The notes beneath the pieces are model-generated. The model was not told where the DNA came from. It made no database searches and was given only the letters and a program-made list of their open reading frames with translations. The translations under genes and the position numbers were made by a program. Positions 50,186 to 59,596 of a stretch of DNA of 64,000 bases are shown in pieces (position 1 is the first letter of the stretch; every line of letters begins with the position of its first letter). Origin of the DNA: a virus; the IMG/VR virus record IMGVR_UViG_2900837372_000002, positions 5,767-69,766 of that record; one strand, 5' to 3'.

Positions 50186-50730
50186 CCTTCTACCACCTCA
50201 TCCACTGGCACAGCAAACGGCCAGTATCTTTCATCAATTGCTTTGATTTGTTTTTCAGTTAATTGAAATTTTTGAGTAACGTACTGTGAAAATTCATCTG
50301 CTGGAACTAATATGACAACGTTTGTATTGCTGAATACTTTGACAAGATATCTACCATTGATTATTACGCAATACAACGGCTCTTTCTCGAGCTCGTAGCC
50401 AAACAGCCATGCACGCATATAAATTTCAGGATGATCAACTAGCCAATCAATTGCTTCTTCATGCTCACCGTCTTTAGTTTTGCGATAATACCAATCATGG
50501 AAAGTTATCAATAAAGCTAATAAATCAACATCTGTTGACTGACGATAATAGTCGAGTAGTTCCGCCACAAACTTAGGCACAACTGGCTTCTGCGGTTCAT
50601 ACGATGGGAAACGTTTAATCGTTTCTAAAGCGTCACTATTAGATCCCACACCAGGTATTTTCATTAATTCATCAATCAATGCTTGTTTATCAATTAATAC
50701 TTTTTTATTCATCGCTGTCCTCCAAATCAC
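50182..50730 (-). CDS. DUF1642-like phage protein
   Basis: 182 aa. Trp/Tyr-rich. A family common in Firmicutes prophage early regions (recalled, not searched). Confidence 0.45.
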   Translation of the reverse strand: MIWRTAMNKKVLIDKQALIDELMKIPGVGSNSDALETIKRFPSYEPQKPVVPKFVAELLDYYRQSTDVDLLALLITFHDWYYRKTKDGEHEEAIDWLVDHPEIYMRAWLFGYELEKEPLYCVIINGRYLVKVFSNTNVVILVPADEFSQYVTQKFQLTEKQIKAIDERYWPFAVPVDEVVEG

Positions 50731-51019
50731 TCGACTTCACGAATACACCATCTACCATTTTTCCTGTGCGTCCTTTGATTTCGTTGTATGCTTGGTTCAG
50801 ACACTCGTACAAATCCATATCATTTTGCATAGCTAAAATAATCAAGGTTACTACTACGTCTCCAATTCCGTCTCTTAAACCATATTCATCTTTTCTAGCT
50901 AGAGAAGCGGCAACTTCCCCAATCTCTTCGATCGTTTTTAACATTTGCTTGCTGGAATCAGCTTGATCCAGTCCCTTGTCTTTAGCCCACTGCTCTACTT
51001 TTGTGATTAGTTCGTCCAT
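50705..51019 (-). CDS. MazG-like nucleotide pyrophosphohydrolase
   Basis: 104 aa. EEIGEVAASL...DGIGDVVVTL MazG-type acidic helix motifs. Confidence 0.7.
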   Translation of the reverse strand: MDELITKVEQWAKDKGLDQADSSKQMLKTIEEIGEVAASLARKDEYGLRDGIGDVVVTLIILAMQNDMDLYECLNQAYNEIKGRTGKMVDGVFVKSSDLEDSDE

Positions 51020-51030
51020 TATTTCTCCTC

Positions 51031-51156
51031 CTAAAATTTCATTTCATCGTTGTTGTCATCTTCTTTGTCATCAGTTTGGGAAAGGAGCGCATACACGAGA
51101 TATGCTGCTCCTACTAAACCTAAGAACAAGAGAATTTTAGCCATAAAGAATCCCAT
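51031..51156 (-). CDS. 41-aa micro-protein: single TM plus acidic tail (MGFFMAKILLFLGLVGAAYLVYALLSQTDDKEDDNNDEMKF)
   Basis: Starts 2 nt after the SPFH stop. Below the ORF-track cutoff. Weak RBS. Confidence 0.3.
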   Translation of the reverse strand: MGFFMAKILLFLGLVGAAYLVYALLSQTDDKEDDNNDEMKF

Positions 51157-51157
51157 A

Positions 51158-51973
51158 TTATTTGCCTGCTTCATCCGTAACTACAGTATCTGCTCCATTT
51201 ACTGTTACCCATCCATGCTTTTTGCGAGCTTGAGCTTCTTCATAACGAATCAAATTGTCTGTTACTGATTCGGCGACTTTGCGATTAGATTCTGCCTCTG
51301 CTTCTGCAGCTTTTGTTTTCTTGTAAGCTTCACTATCAGCTTGAGTTTTTGCAGTTTCTGCGTCTAGCTTCGCTTTTTCATTTTCTTGACCAGCTCGAAT
51401 GATCGCATCGATTGATTTTTGTGTTTCTTTATCGACATCTGGAACACCAAGTGTTACGTCTTCGACTTCAAACCCTTTAGATTCAACTGATTTAGCAAAG
51501 TTCGTTAATACCTCAGCTTCAACTTTAGAGGAATCTCCTGAAAGGACATCAAGCAGACTATATTTCGCATAAACTTCACGAGCGACCTTTTGAAGCTTAG
51601 ATTTTAACCATCCACTTTCGATATCTTCCGAAGTGATATTCCCAAATTCCTTGTACATTTTTGCTGCTTTAGTTGAATCAACTTTGTAGTCATATTTGAT
51701 ATCAATCGTTGTCTTTTTGCCGTCGCTTGTAGATACTGAAATATTTTTTGATTGGATAGTTTGCAAGCGAATTGGATATTGGATCACTTTGTCAATCCCT
51801 ACAAATTTCACACCTTGCGTCAGTGCTTCATCTTTGATACCGCCGTTCATTGAATAGCGCACACCCACATATCCATTATCGATTTTTTCGAAGAACTTAA
51901 ATCCTCCGATAACTCCAATACCTACGATTACTGCTCCTGCTACACCCAATTTGATTAATTTGTTTTCGTTCAT
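51158..51973 (-). CDS. SPFH/band-7 (flotillin/YqiK-like) membrane protein
   Basis: 271 aa. N-terminal TM. Central SPFH-like region. C-terminal Ala/Glu/Lys coiled coil (AKLDAETAKTQADSEAYKKTKAAEAEAESNRKVAE). Confidence 0.65.
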   Translation of the reverse strand: MNENKLIKLGVAGAVIVGIGVIGGFKFFEKIDNGYVGVRYSMNGGIKDEALTQGVKFVGIDKVIQYPIRLQTIQSKNISVSTSDGKKTTIDIKYDYKVDSTKAAKMYKEFGNITSEDIESGWLKSKLQKVAREVYAKYSLLDVLSGDSSKVEAEVLTNFAKSVESKGFEVEDVTLGVPDVDKETQKSIDAIIRAGQENEKAKLDAETAKTQADSEAYKKTKAAEAEAESNRKVAESVTDNLIRYEEAQARKKHGWVTVNGADTVVTDEAGK

Positions 51974-52296
51974 TTTTCTTCCTCCAAATACTTATATTCG
52001 TGCCCTTTTCGATCGGTGTGATTTCGCCAAGCGTACGTTCGAATAGTCCCACGCGTATATCCAGTTTCTGCAGACAGCTCACTAGCTGTTCCTTGCATCA
52101 AAATTTTGCCTTCGTGTAAAACAACGACGATTTTCCCTTTGCGCTGTTTTCTTTTGTCTGGCTTTTTTCGTATACGTCCGTTAGCAATCTTTTCTAGACG
52201 CTGAACTTCAGCAACCACTGCTTCATCTTCTTGCCAGTTCTCATCTTGAATCAGCAACATTAATTTTCGCCAAGCCGCTTTCTTATCCACGCTCAT
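51970..52296 (-). CDS. Putative HTH DNA-binding protein (108 aa)
   Basis: C-terminal LSAETGYTRGTIRTYAWRN HTH-like. ATGA overlap with the upstream micro-ORF. Confidence 0.4.
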   Translation of the reverse strand: MSVDKKAAWRKLMLLIQDENWQEDEAVVAEVQRLEKIANGRIRKKPDKRKQRKGKIVVVLHEGKILMQGTASELSAETGYTRGTIRTYAWRNHTDRKGHEYKYLEEEK

Positions 52297-52453
52297 TCCT
52301 CCAATCGATGGATTTCCCTTCTTAAATTCTCTATGTGCAAATCGATTGCCTTCCTCGCCGTTTCATTGACCATCACTGCCTTTGTTCGTTCTAGATCGTC
52401 AATTTCACGTTGAATGCTTCGAATTCGCATTTGAATCACTTCTTCTGTTGTCA
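52293..52453 (-). CDS. 52-aa coiled-coil micro-protein (MTTEEVIQMRIRSIQREIDDLERTKAVMVNETARKAIDLHIENLRREIHRLEE)
   Basis: Overlaps the VRR-NUC stop and the next start (ATGA). Below the track cutoff. Confidence 0.3.
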
Positions 52454-52768
52454 TGATGATTCCTCCACAATTTTCAATGCTTCTTCCACTGATCGTGCAA
52501 CACCATATAGGACTGGTTGCTTTTGCAAAAAATCACCAAACTTCACTTGGTCTGGTCTCAACTTTCCTTTTTCGTTCTTCACTTCAATGGCGAAAAATTT
52601 TCCCTCTTTAGTCCATCCAAATAAATCTGGCCATCCTTTGGGCAATCCAGTATCAAACCATCTGCCATCAATCGTCTTCACTTTGCCCACATTGCCTCTA
52701 TAAACAAAATGACCATATTTTGGTAATTCTCTTCGAATGGCATTTTGTATTTCAATTTCTGCTGTCAT
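52451..52768 (-). CDS. VRR-NUC domain nuclease (start moved to the internal Met with RBS GGGAGG)
   Basis: GWPDLFGW...FAIEVKNEKGKLRPDQ PD-(D/E)xK-type motif. The track ORF start at 52804 would run into the iterons. Confidence 0.65.
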   Translation of the reverse strand: MTAEIEIQNAIRRELPKYGHFVYRGNVGKVKTIDGRWFDTGLPKGWPDLFGWTKEGKFFAIEVKNEKGKLRPDQVKFGDFLQKQPVLYGVARSVEEALKIVEESS

Positions 52769-52782
52769 AAGCGCCTCCCGCT

Positions 52783-53056
52783 CGGGTAGATAGTATATAT
52801 ACATGGGTAGACAGTTTATAATCGCTCTATCCCTTGTGGCTCTAAGTATTAACCAGTTCGGGTAGACAGTAGACAGTTATTTCTAGGTTGCTTCTGTATT
52901 TTTATATATTTCCTTATTTTTATTATTTTATTTACTATATATATAAACTATCCCTACTATCTACCTAACAGTAATGAGCCTTACAGCCCCAAAGGTTTTA
53001 TCGGGTAGACAGTTTGCAAAAAACTATCTACTTACTATCTACCCAACTGTCTACCT
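52783..53056. repeat. Putative phage replication origin: 11-bp iterons GGGTAGACAGT in direct and inverted copies flanking an AT-rich unwinding stretch
   Basis: Direct copies at ~52783, 52806, 52859 (with tandem AGACAGTAGACAGT) and 53003. Inverted copies ACTATCTACC/ACTGTCTACC at ~52955, 53024, 53035 and 53048. AT-only tract 52895-52950. Confidence 0.6.
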
Positions 53057-53082
53057 ACACACATTTGTGAAACTTTTTTGTT

Positions 53083-55419
53083 TCACAATCCAGGAACTAA
53101 TACGTTAAATTCTCTAAACTCTTTTTTTAAATCAATCCCTCGATAAACAACTTTTCCTTTTGATTTTGATTTCTCAAACCTGTCCGCAGCTTTCTTACCA
53201 AACTGGGTCTGACTGAATGGATGTTCATTCATATCTCTTGCCCATTTATCGTATGCTTTAAATAGATCCGTTGCCCCGATTGAATAACCAGGTCCTGTTT
53301 CGCAACATTCATCTATAAAAGCACCTATAATATCCATTTCTTTTCGATATTCCATTGTAGCTCTCTGAATATCGGCCGGTGGATTCAACCCTTCTCTTTG
53401 CCACATCAAACATCCTTCTACTGCCCAATTGAATATTCCTGGCAATTCGCGCATCAATTTTTCTTTCAAATTCTTATCCACTTTATCCAATGGAATTTGT
53501 ACAGTGAAAGGAATTAATGGCAATCTTCGCCAAATACCATCATCATTTCCTCTGATGATTGGCTTATGATTAGTTGCAAGCCAAATCTTATATTTAGGTT
53601 TATAGTCAAACATGTGGCCTCCTTTATAAGATGCTGACACTTTATCTCCGCCAGTTAGTTGTTTGATTAAACCTTCATCCATTCTTACGCCTTCATTTGG
53701 CTCCGAGGAAGTTACTAGACGTGCGCCGTTTAATCGTGCGATATCTTCGTTATGGCCGCTGCTACCACCTTGTTTAACCATCAATGTTGATGCCTGCATT
53801 CCCATGGCATAACTTCCCATTATTTCAGAAATGATATCTAAGAAAACAGATTTACCATTTCTTCCATTACCGAAAAGTATGAACATGACTTGTTCTCTGA
53901 TCGATGCGCTCATAGAATACCCAACAGCTTTTTGAATATAGCGAATCAATTCAGTGTTATTGTCAAATATCTGTTCCAAAAACAGCTTCCAACGTGGACA
54001 ATCACTTTTATCCGTATACTCAGCGTTAGAAATTCGAGTGAACATTTTAGAAATATCGTGTTCGTATAAAATGCCATTAGAAAGATCTAAATAACCGTTT
54101 TGAGCGTTGAACAGCATATCATCACTATCAAATTCATCAGGAAGTATCGCTACTTGGTGTTTCAACTCACGTGTCATAGCTTCTTTTCCAGCATTGTTTC
54201 TAGACCTTCTTAAATGTTTCTCTTTTGCTTCAATATAGGCTTTTTCTTCATCTTCAGTCGCATCTTTAGGTATCGAAACAGGTTCGTTTTTGAATATCTC
54301 GATAGTCTGATCTACCCATTTTCGAACGGCACCGATATTGTCTTGTTCCCAGTTTTTACCGTTATAAAAATACCAGCATTTATTTACGTAACTGTATTTT
54401 GTAAATGATCCAAACAAATCAAGATATCTTTCTGCATTTCCTGTATCATCATAGCTATAAAACTTAGTCGGTTTAGTTTCGTCCACAGTGATACCTGGGA
54501 TGGAAAGAAAATAATCATCAGCTGTTTTTTTGCCAGTATAATGATTGGTATTCTCAGATATGGCTTTATTTAAAAGCCCTATTCCATAAGTTGTCTTTCC
54601 GCGTTTCTGATCATATTTATCTCGAAACAACGAAGACATTCGGAATATTTCATCCATCTTTTGAAAATCTCCAGCAGTCCAAAAAGCTAAATCATTTGCA
54701 AATGCTAAATCTGCTTCAGATTGGCTATCATATATTTTTTCCCATCCTCCATCCATGAATAATCTAAAACGATTACCTGTGGAAGAATTCACCGCTGTTT
54801 GTATGATCTCGTTGACAGATAAGTCATTTCCATCTGACCAATTACTTTTAGAAAAATCTTGTTTTATTACTGTTTCATTTTCTAAATATCGCTTGTATAA
54901 GAAATTCATTTGGATTTCAGGTATCTCATTAATTTCTTCATTATTACCAAAGAAGTTACCTGTAATAGCAAAGAACCTACCTTCGGTATACATTTCGACA
55001 TTCCCTTTTCTACGTCTTTCTCCAGGGATTGCTGCTTTACCTATAATATGGATTCCCTTGCCACTCATTGATATTTCTGAATATGTTTTTGTAGAATTCA
55101 TAAAAACGTAAACTAAGTTATTTTCTACATCGCCTTGAAGATACCTTTCTAAATCATCACCTATATCATCTAAATCAATACCTATATAAGGTGGTTTAAA
55201 ATAAAAAGCTAGGCCATCTGCATTAAAAGTTGAAACAGCTGAGAGAGCGGTCTTGAAATCAGACCACTTGCTCTCATTTGTACTGCTCCCTAATTCTCCA
55301 GTAAACGGATCATAAGGTTTCTTACTCCATTTCCCTCGTTGTTCGTTCCATGAGCGTTTATAAATCCCCCACTGATTTAACTCACGCAACTCTAAGGGAA
55401 TACGCTCGTAATTATTCAT
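53083..55419 (-). CDS. DNA primase-helicase (P4/D5-type primase with C-terminal SF3 helicase domain)
   Basis: 778 aa. Walker A FGNGRNGKSVFLDII. Adjacent to the iteron origin. Confidence 0.8.
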   Translation of the reverse strand: MNNYERIPLELRELNQWGIYKRSWNEQRGKWSKKPYDPFTGELGSSTNESKWSDFKTALSAVSTFNADGLAFYFKPPYIGIDLDDIGDDLERYLQGDVENNLVYVFMNSTKTYSEISMSGKGIHIIGKAAIPGERRRKGNVEMYTEGRFFAITGNFFGNNEEINEIPEIQMNFLYKRYLENETVIKQDFSKSNWSDGNDLSVNEIIQTAVNSSTGNRFRLFMDGGWEKIYDSQSEADLAFANDLAFWTAGDFQKMDEIFRMSSLFRDKYDQKRGKTTYGIGLLNKAISENTNHYTGKKTADDYFLSIPGITVDETKPTKFYSYDDTGNAERYLDLFGSFTKYSYVNKCWYFYNGKNWEQDNIGAVRKWVDQTIEIFKNEPVSIPKDATEDEEKAYIEAKEKHLRRSRNNAGKEAMTRELKHQVAILPDEFDSDDMLFNAQNGYLDLSNGILYEHDISKMFTRISNAEYTDKSDCPRWKLFLEQIFDNNTELIRYIQKAVGYSMSASIREQVMFILFGNGRNGKSVFLDIISEIMGSYAMGMQASTLMVKQGGSSGHNEDIARLNGARLVTSSEPNEGVRMDEGLIKQLTGGDKVSASYKGGHMFDYKPKYKIWLATNHKPIIRGNDDGIWRRLPLIPFTVQIPLDKVDKNLKEKLMRELPGIFNWAVEGCLMWQREGLNPPADIQRATMEYRKEMDIIGAFIDECCETGPGYSIGATDLFKAYDKWARDMNEHPFSQTQFGKKAADRFEKSKSKGKVVYRGIDLKKEFREFNVLVPGL

Positions 55420-55925
55420 TAGAATGGAAGATCATTATCTGAAATATCAAATGCTGGTGAGGAATTTACAGATTTTTCAGCGTTGTTTTTCTTCCATTGA
55501 TGTTGGAGTTCTGGAAACTTAGTGGTTTCGAATTTTTTAATATTTGTATTGTCATACGTTTTCCCGTTGTACTCCGATTGTTCGTTCTTTACTTTTACTT
55601 TCGCTGGTCTCATAGCAAAATCTTCAAGGAAATTTTCGAATGATTGATATTCCTTTCCATCAGGAAGGCCAAATGATTTTGCTAGCGACATGATCATCCC
55701 ACGATTATATTTGCCAGTTTCTTTACTTTTCCAAACTCTATGGAAAAGATGACTGTTTTGTCGTGGTTGTTTAATATCATTTCTGATGACCATATCAAAA
55801 TTAATAAACTCTGTGCCGCCTTTTGAGGCATCTTCCGTAACGTTGAAAATAACTACCTCATAATCTCCGTCTGGTACTGCTCCAAAATCTTGTGCTTCAT
55901 TGTAATCTACTTTAAATGCTGTCAT
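55419..55925 (-). CDS. DUF669-like (SSB-like) protein of Sak4-type recombination modules
   Basis: 168 aa. Sits between the Sak4-like ATPase/helicase and the primase. Confidence 0.45.
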   Translation of the reverse strand: MTAFKVDYNEAQDFGAVPDGDYEVVIFNVTEDASKGGTEFINFDMVIRNDIKQPRQNSHLFHRVWKSKETGKYNRGMIMSLAKSFGLPDGKEYQSFENFLEDFAMRPAKVKVKNEQSEYNGKTYDNTNIKKFETTKFPELQHQWKKNNAEKSVNSSPAFDISDNDLPF

Positions 55926-55942
55926 AATTAATTACCTCTTCC

Positions 55943-57523
55943 TTAATAAAATGTATTTTTTACCCATTCGGGTTCTTCTTGTTTTGAATTGAGTTTTTCC
56001 AAAGCCCATTTATAAGCTCTTAAAATTGATTCCATTGATACATCTTTGATCAACGATAATTCTTCTAATTGATCGATGGAGTAATGTTGTCCTTGATAAG
56101 CAGTGAGTGAGCCAAACATTTTAAAAAGCGGATTCCCTTTACCTTCAAAACTTACCTTTGCTTTTGCAATCGCATAATTTAATTCTAAAGATTGTTTTTT
56201 TGAAAATTTCTTTCTTGAAAGTCGCGCTAGCTTGGCATTTTCTGCATTCAATTCCACCATTTGAACCGCTTCATCAAAAGTAACGGAATTTTCTTTTTCT
56301 TCACTTACTATTTCTTGTAAGCAGAACGGGCAATGTGGTTTATTTTCTATCTTTAATAAGCTCTTCAGAAGAAACTGCTGTCCACAATTTGAGCAAGTCA
56401 TTCTAGGCGCTTCGCTGCTGCTTCCATTACTCTTCTTTTTCCTAGCGCTTAACGACCATTCAAATTCATCAGTAGGTAAACCTAAGTTAGCTCCGTTCCC
56501 AACATGATCTAACACAATCGAAGTCTTATTTTCTCGATATCTCATGCCTCGCATAGACTGTTGTAAATGTAAGACGATTGATTGCGTAGGCCTGCAAAGG
56601 ATAATCACTCCAACATCTGGTACATTAAATCCTTCGCTGATTAAATCGACATTTGATAATATAGTGATTTTTTTCGATTTGAAATTTGCCATAATATCAT
56701 CACGTTCTTTGGTAGGTGTTTTCCCATCTGCATGAACCGCATATATTCCATTGTCGTTAAACCATTTAACAATCATCTTGCTTACCTGAATCGTTGGAGC
56801 ATAAACGATTGCTTGTTGACCATCCGCATATTTTTTATAATTTTTAACAATGTCACCTTGAATTGTGGCATCTGACTCGAATAATCGCGCAGAACTTTCA
56901 GCTTCACGTGACATATTTTTAAAATCTACTTTAGAACGATCAATCAAAGGAATAGAGTACCAACGATAAGGCGCTAGATTGTGATGATCAATCAACCACT
57001 GTATGGATGGTCCTTCTACCATTTCTTCGTATATATCTGTAAATCCTTCTCCGTTGAGTCTGTATGGCGTAGCAGTAAAACCTAGTCTAGGAATTTCTTT
57101 AAAATGGTTATAAATATCCATATAAGTTTTCGCTTTACCATGATGCCCTTCATCCGTAATTATCAGAGACAGCTTTGGCAATTTATTTAACCTGTTTTTA
57201 GCCATTACAGCTGACAATATTATGACTTTTGATAAATCTACTTCATTTTGTTCAAGAGTTTCTCGAATGTTATCAAGTAACTCTCTCCTGTGGGCAAGAA
57301 ATAGTACTGTGCCACCTTTTCTTGTTGCTAATCGAACAATTTCTGCAATTACAACTGATTTGCCACTTCCTGGTGGCGATTGGATCAATACTCCCTTTTT
57401 CCCTTGAGATAGATGTTTTCTGGCTTCTTGAACTAGCTTAATCTGATACGGTCGGAGTTGATACATTCGGTTCACCGCCTGCTCTAACAACCAATTGTTC
57501 CACCAAACACCCACTACGTTCAT
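55943..57523 (-). CDS. SF2 DEAD/DEAH-box helicase with C-terminal zinc-ribbon
   Basis: 526 aa. Motif I LIQSPPGSGKSVV, motif II IITDEGHHG, and CSNCGQ...CPFC. Confidence 0.8.
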   Translation of the reverse strand: MNVVGVWWNNWLLEQAVNRMYQLRPYQIKLVQEARKHLSQGKKGVLIQSPPGSGKSVVIAEIVRLATRKGGTVLFLAHRRELLDNIRETLEQNEVDLSKVIILSAVMAKNRLNKLPKLSLIITDEGHHGKAKTYMDIYNHFKEIPRLGFTATPYRLNGEGFTDIYEEMVEGPSIQWLIDHHNLAPYRWYSIPLIDRSKVDFKNMSREAESSARLFESDATIQGDIVKNYKKYADGQQAIVYAPTIQVSKMIVKWFNDNGIYAVHADGKTPTKERDDIMANFKSKKITILSNVDLISEGFNVPDVGVIILCRPTQSIVLHLQQSMRGMRYRENKTSIVLDHVGNGANLGLPTDEFEWSLSARKKKSNGSSSEAPRMTCSNCGQQFLLKSLLKIENKPHCPFCLQEIVSEEKENSVTFDEAVQMVELNAENAKLARLSRKKFSKKQSLELNYAIAKAKVSFEGKGNPLFKMFGSLTAYQGQHYSIDQLEELSLIKDVSMESILRAYKWALEKLNSKQEEPEWVKNTFY

Positions 57524-58178
57524 CTAATCTGTTTTTTGCATAAACGTTACTAGTAGGCTTTAGTATTAAGCCTCTTGTTTCATTACCATCGTCATCTTTT
57601 TTTATTACAAGTCTGCCAACTACATCACATAAGCCTAAAAAATTATTTAAAATTTTTGATCTTATATCTGGCATTGATCTTGTAAAAAATTGTCCATTAG
57701 GTTCTGTATATGTGTCTGTTGTTTCCCATGCAGTCAGGACTATTCGGCAATCTAAATTATTCAATGCTCTAAGACCTCGCAAATTCATAAAATCTGTTCT
57801 TTGATAGTCGGCTTGAGAAGGAACACCACTATTTTTTCCTTTCTTGCCTAAATCTTCCAATTGCGCTTTGAACAATTCAGAAATGTTATCTACACAAATA
57901 TTGTCGAATTGCTTTTCGTAGGAAGATTTATTTGCGACTAAGTCTGAAATAGTATCAAGCCATTCTTGCCAAATATCAGAAGAATCTAATTCCCACACTT
58001 CAATATTTTCTTTGTTAGGATGCTTTGCCAATGTCGATGATGATCCGTCAACATCTAATACCAATGATTTACCTGGAAGAAATCCTAAAGAATAAGTTTT
58101 TCCCATACCAGGATTTGCGTAAATCATGTAAGTTCCTTTTTCAACTGATAGATCTTCGGCTTTTATTTTTTTTACCAT
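57438..58178 (-). CDS. Sak4-like RecA-fold ATPase (phage single-strand annealing/recombination)
   Basis: 246 aa. Walker A MIYANPGMGKTYSL. Confidence 0.65.
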   Translation of the reverse strand: MVKKIKAEDLSVEKGTYMIYANPGMGKTYSLGFLPGKSLVLDVDGSSSTLAKHPNKENIEVWELDSSDIWQEWLDTISDLVANKSSYEKQFDNICVDNISELFKAQLEDLGKKGKNSGVPSQADYQRTDFMNLRGLRALNNLDCRIVLTAWETTDTYTEPNGQFFTRSMPDIRSKILNNFLGLCDVVGRLVIKKDDDGNETRGLILKPTSNVYAKNRLDERSGCLVEQLVVRAGGEPNVSTPTVSD

Positions 58179-58198
58179 TACTCATACCTCCACTTGCA

Positions 58199-58678
58199 TC
58201 ATCTTATCCTCAAACCTTTTGTTTGGACGAGTTCAGCACCAGGAATATCTCCATGCTTCAGTTCCTCCTTCAATTGCTTTTTATCCAATTTGGGAGGCAT
58301 AGGGGTAAAGAATCCTTTTGGAATTAAGTTCTCATTGATTACATTGACCGATACTGGATTATTTTGAATTCCAATGTTGAATAATTCGCCTTTAATCTTC
58401 GTTTTACCAGTCTTTTCCATTTCCTCTTGTAAATAGTGTTTGATACTCTTAGCATTGTTCAAAAGCGATGTCTTACGTTCCTGTAGACGTTTAATTTCAC
58501 TATCGATTAACTCTGCTTTCCCTTCTACTTCTTTAACTATTTTTGCTAAGTTTTCTGCTTTATACTCGATCGCTTCATTAATCGAATCGAGAGTATCACG
58601 AAGAATTTCTTCATCCAATTGTTCTGCCAGTTCCAGGACTTTGATATATGACTCGCTGAGTTGGTAAAGAGTTGCCAT
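58199..58678 (-). CDS. Siphovirus Gp157-like protein
   Basis: 159 aa. Coiled coil. Typical position upstream of Sak4. Confidence 0.45.
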   Translation of the reverse strand: MATLYQLSESYIKVLELAEQLDEEILRDTLDSINEAIEYKAENLAKIVKEVEGKAELIDSEIKRLQERKTSLLNNAKSIKHYLQEEMEKTGKTKIKGELFNIGIQNNPVSVNVINENLIPKGFFTPMPPKLDKKQLKEELKHGDIPGAELVQTKGLRIR

Positions 58679-58928
58679 TCTTTTGTGCCTCCTTTAATAA
58701 TTTTGCAATTTGTTCAAAAGCTAGGATTGCCTCATCTAAATCCAATTCCACAGAATCATCAATTTGCTCGAAAGCAAGGTTTGTTTCTTCAATATCACTT
58801 GCTTGATAGATACCAATTTTTCCATTGTCATAAAGATCAAATACTAAAATTCCTGACGCATCTATATTGCGCAGTTTGTATTCGTCTTTTAAAAAGATGC
58901 GGTCTAGTGTATCCGTTGCAATTAGCAT
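58611..58928 (-). CDS. Hypothetical acidic protein (105 aa)
   Basis: Overlaps the Gp157-like gene in another frame. Confidence 0.3.
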   Translation of the reverse strand: MLIATDTLDRIFLKDEYKLRNIDASGILVFDLYDNGKIGIYQASDIEETNLAFEQIDDSVELDLDEAILAFEQIAKLLKEAQKNGNSLPTQRVIYQSPGTGRTIG

Positions 58929-58987
58929 TTACGGTTCATTCCTTTCTGTGGTAAAATATAGAAAGATAGTTTATTTCCTTGACACGA

Positions 58988-59164
58988 TCATGCTTGCTGG
59001 CGTTCGTGTCTTTTTTTCGCTCTGTACTCAGCTTCATCAAGCCCTATAAAAATCCAAACCATGTACACAATCGTTCCTATCAACGCTTGTCTATTTCCCC
59101 AAAGCCCTAAAGCGTAGATGATTAGCGGTGCGCTGAATACTAGTGCTCTGTTGAATTTGCCCAT
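58988..59164 (-). CDS. 58-aa small membrane protein (MGKFNRALVFSAPLIIYALGLWGNRQALIGTIVYMVWIFIGLDEAEYRAKKRHERQQA)
   Basis: Strong RBS AGGAGG 8 nt upstream. Two TM helices. Overlaps the end of the upstream HTH gene. Below the track cutoff. Confidence 0.3.
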   Translation of the reverse strand: MGKFNRALVFSAPLIIYALGLWGNRQALIGTIVYMVWIFIGLDEAEYRAKKRHERQQA

Positions 59165-59391
59165 GTTTTTCCTCCTTTTAGATACTGATACAAAGCGATA
59201 CTACTAAACCTCCACTCTCTGCCAACTTTCGCTGCTGGAATCTTTCCAGATTCGGCATCTTTAGTTAGCGTGCGTGTCGTGGTTTTCAAATATTCCGCAG
59301 CTTGCTTTGTATCCCACACTTCATTTGCAATCTCAGATTCTGCCAAAGAAGCTTTGAGGGCTGAGAGGTTAACTAAAGCTAGTTGTTCCAT
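59140..59391 (-). CDS. HTH DNA-binding protein (excisionase/MerR-like)
   Basis: 83 aa. TKQAAEYLKTTTRTLTKDAESGKIPAAKVGREWRF matches an HTH_17-type fold. Confidence 0.4.
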   Translation of the reverse strand: MEQLALVNLSALKASLAESEIANEVWDTKQAAEYLKTTTRTLTKDAESGKIPAAKVGREWRFSSIALYQYLKGGKTWANSTEH

Positions 59392-59404
59392 TGATTAATT
59401 CCTC

Positions 59405-59596
59405 CTATCGAATTCTGTAATCACGGATGATTTCTAAGATAGTTTTATTAGCTTTTGGTCCACTCCAATGGCCATCAATAATTTGCTGCATTCGAACACG
59501 TGTGTATCCATATGCAGTAGCCAAATCTTCCATAGTTACTCCGTTTTCTCGCATAAACTTCTTGATTGCAGCACGGCCGTTATCTAGATTTGACAT
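59405..59596 (-). CDS. Cro-like HTH regulator
   Basis: 63 aa. Divergent from the cI-like gene. Confidence 0.55.
   Translation of the reverse strand: MSNLDNGRAAIKKFMRENGVTMEDLATAYGYTRVRMQQIIDGHWSGPKANKTILEIIRDYRIR

Noticed and set aside
52783-53056. Possible CRISPR array (repeated GGGTAGACAGT)
   Set aside because: Units are 11 bp, in both orientations and irregularly spaced, with no uniform spacers and no cas genes. An origin-iteron interpretation fits better.
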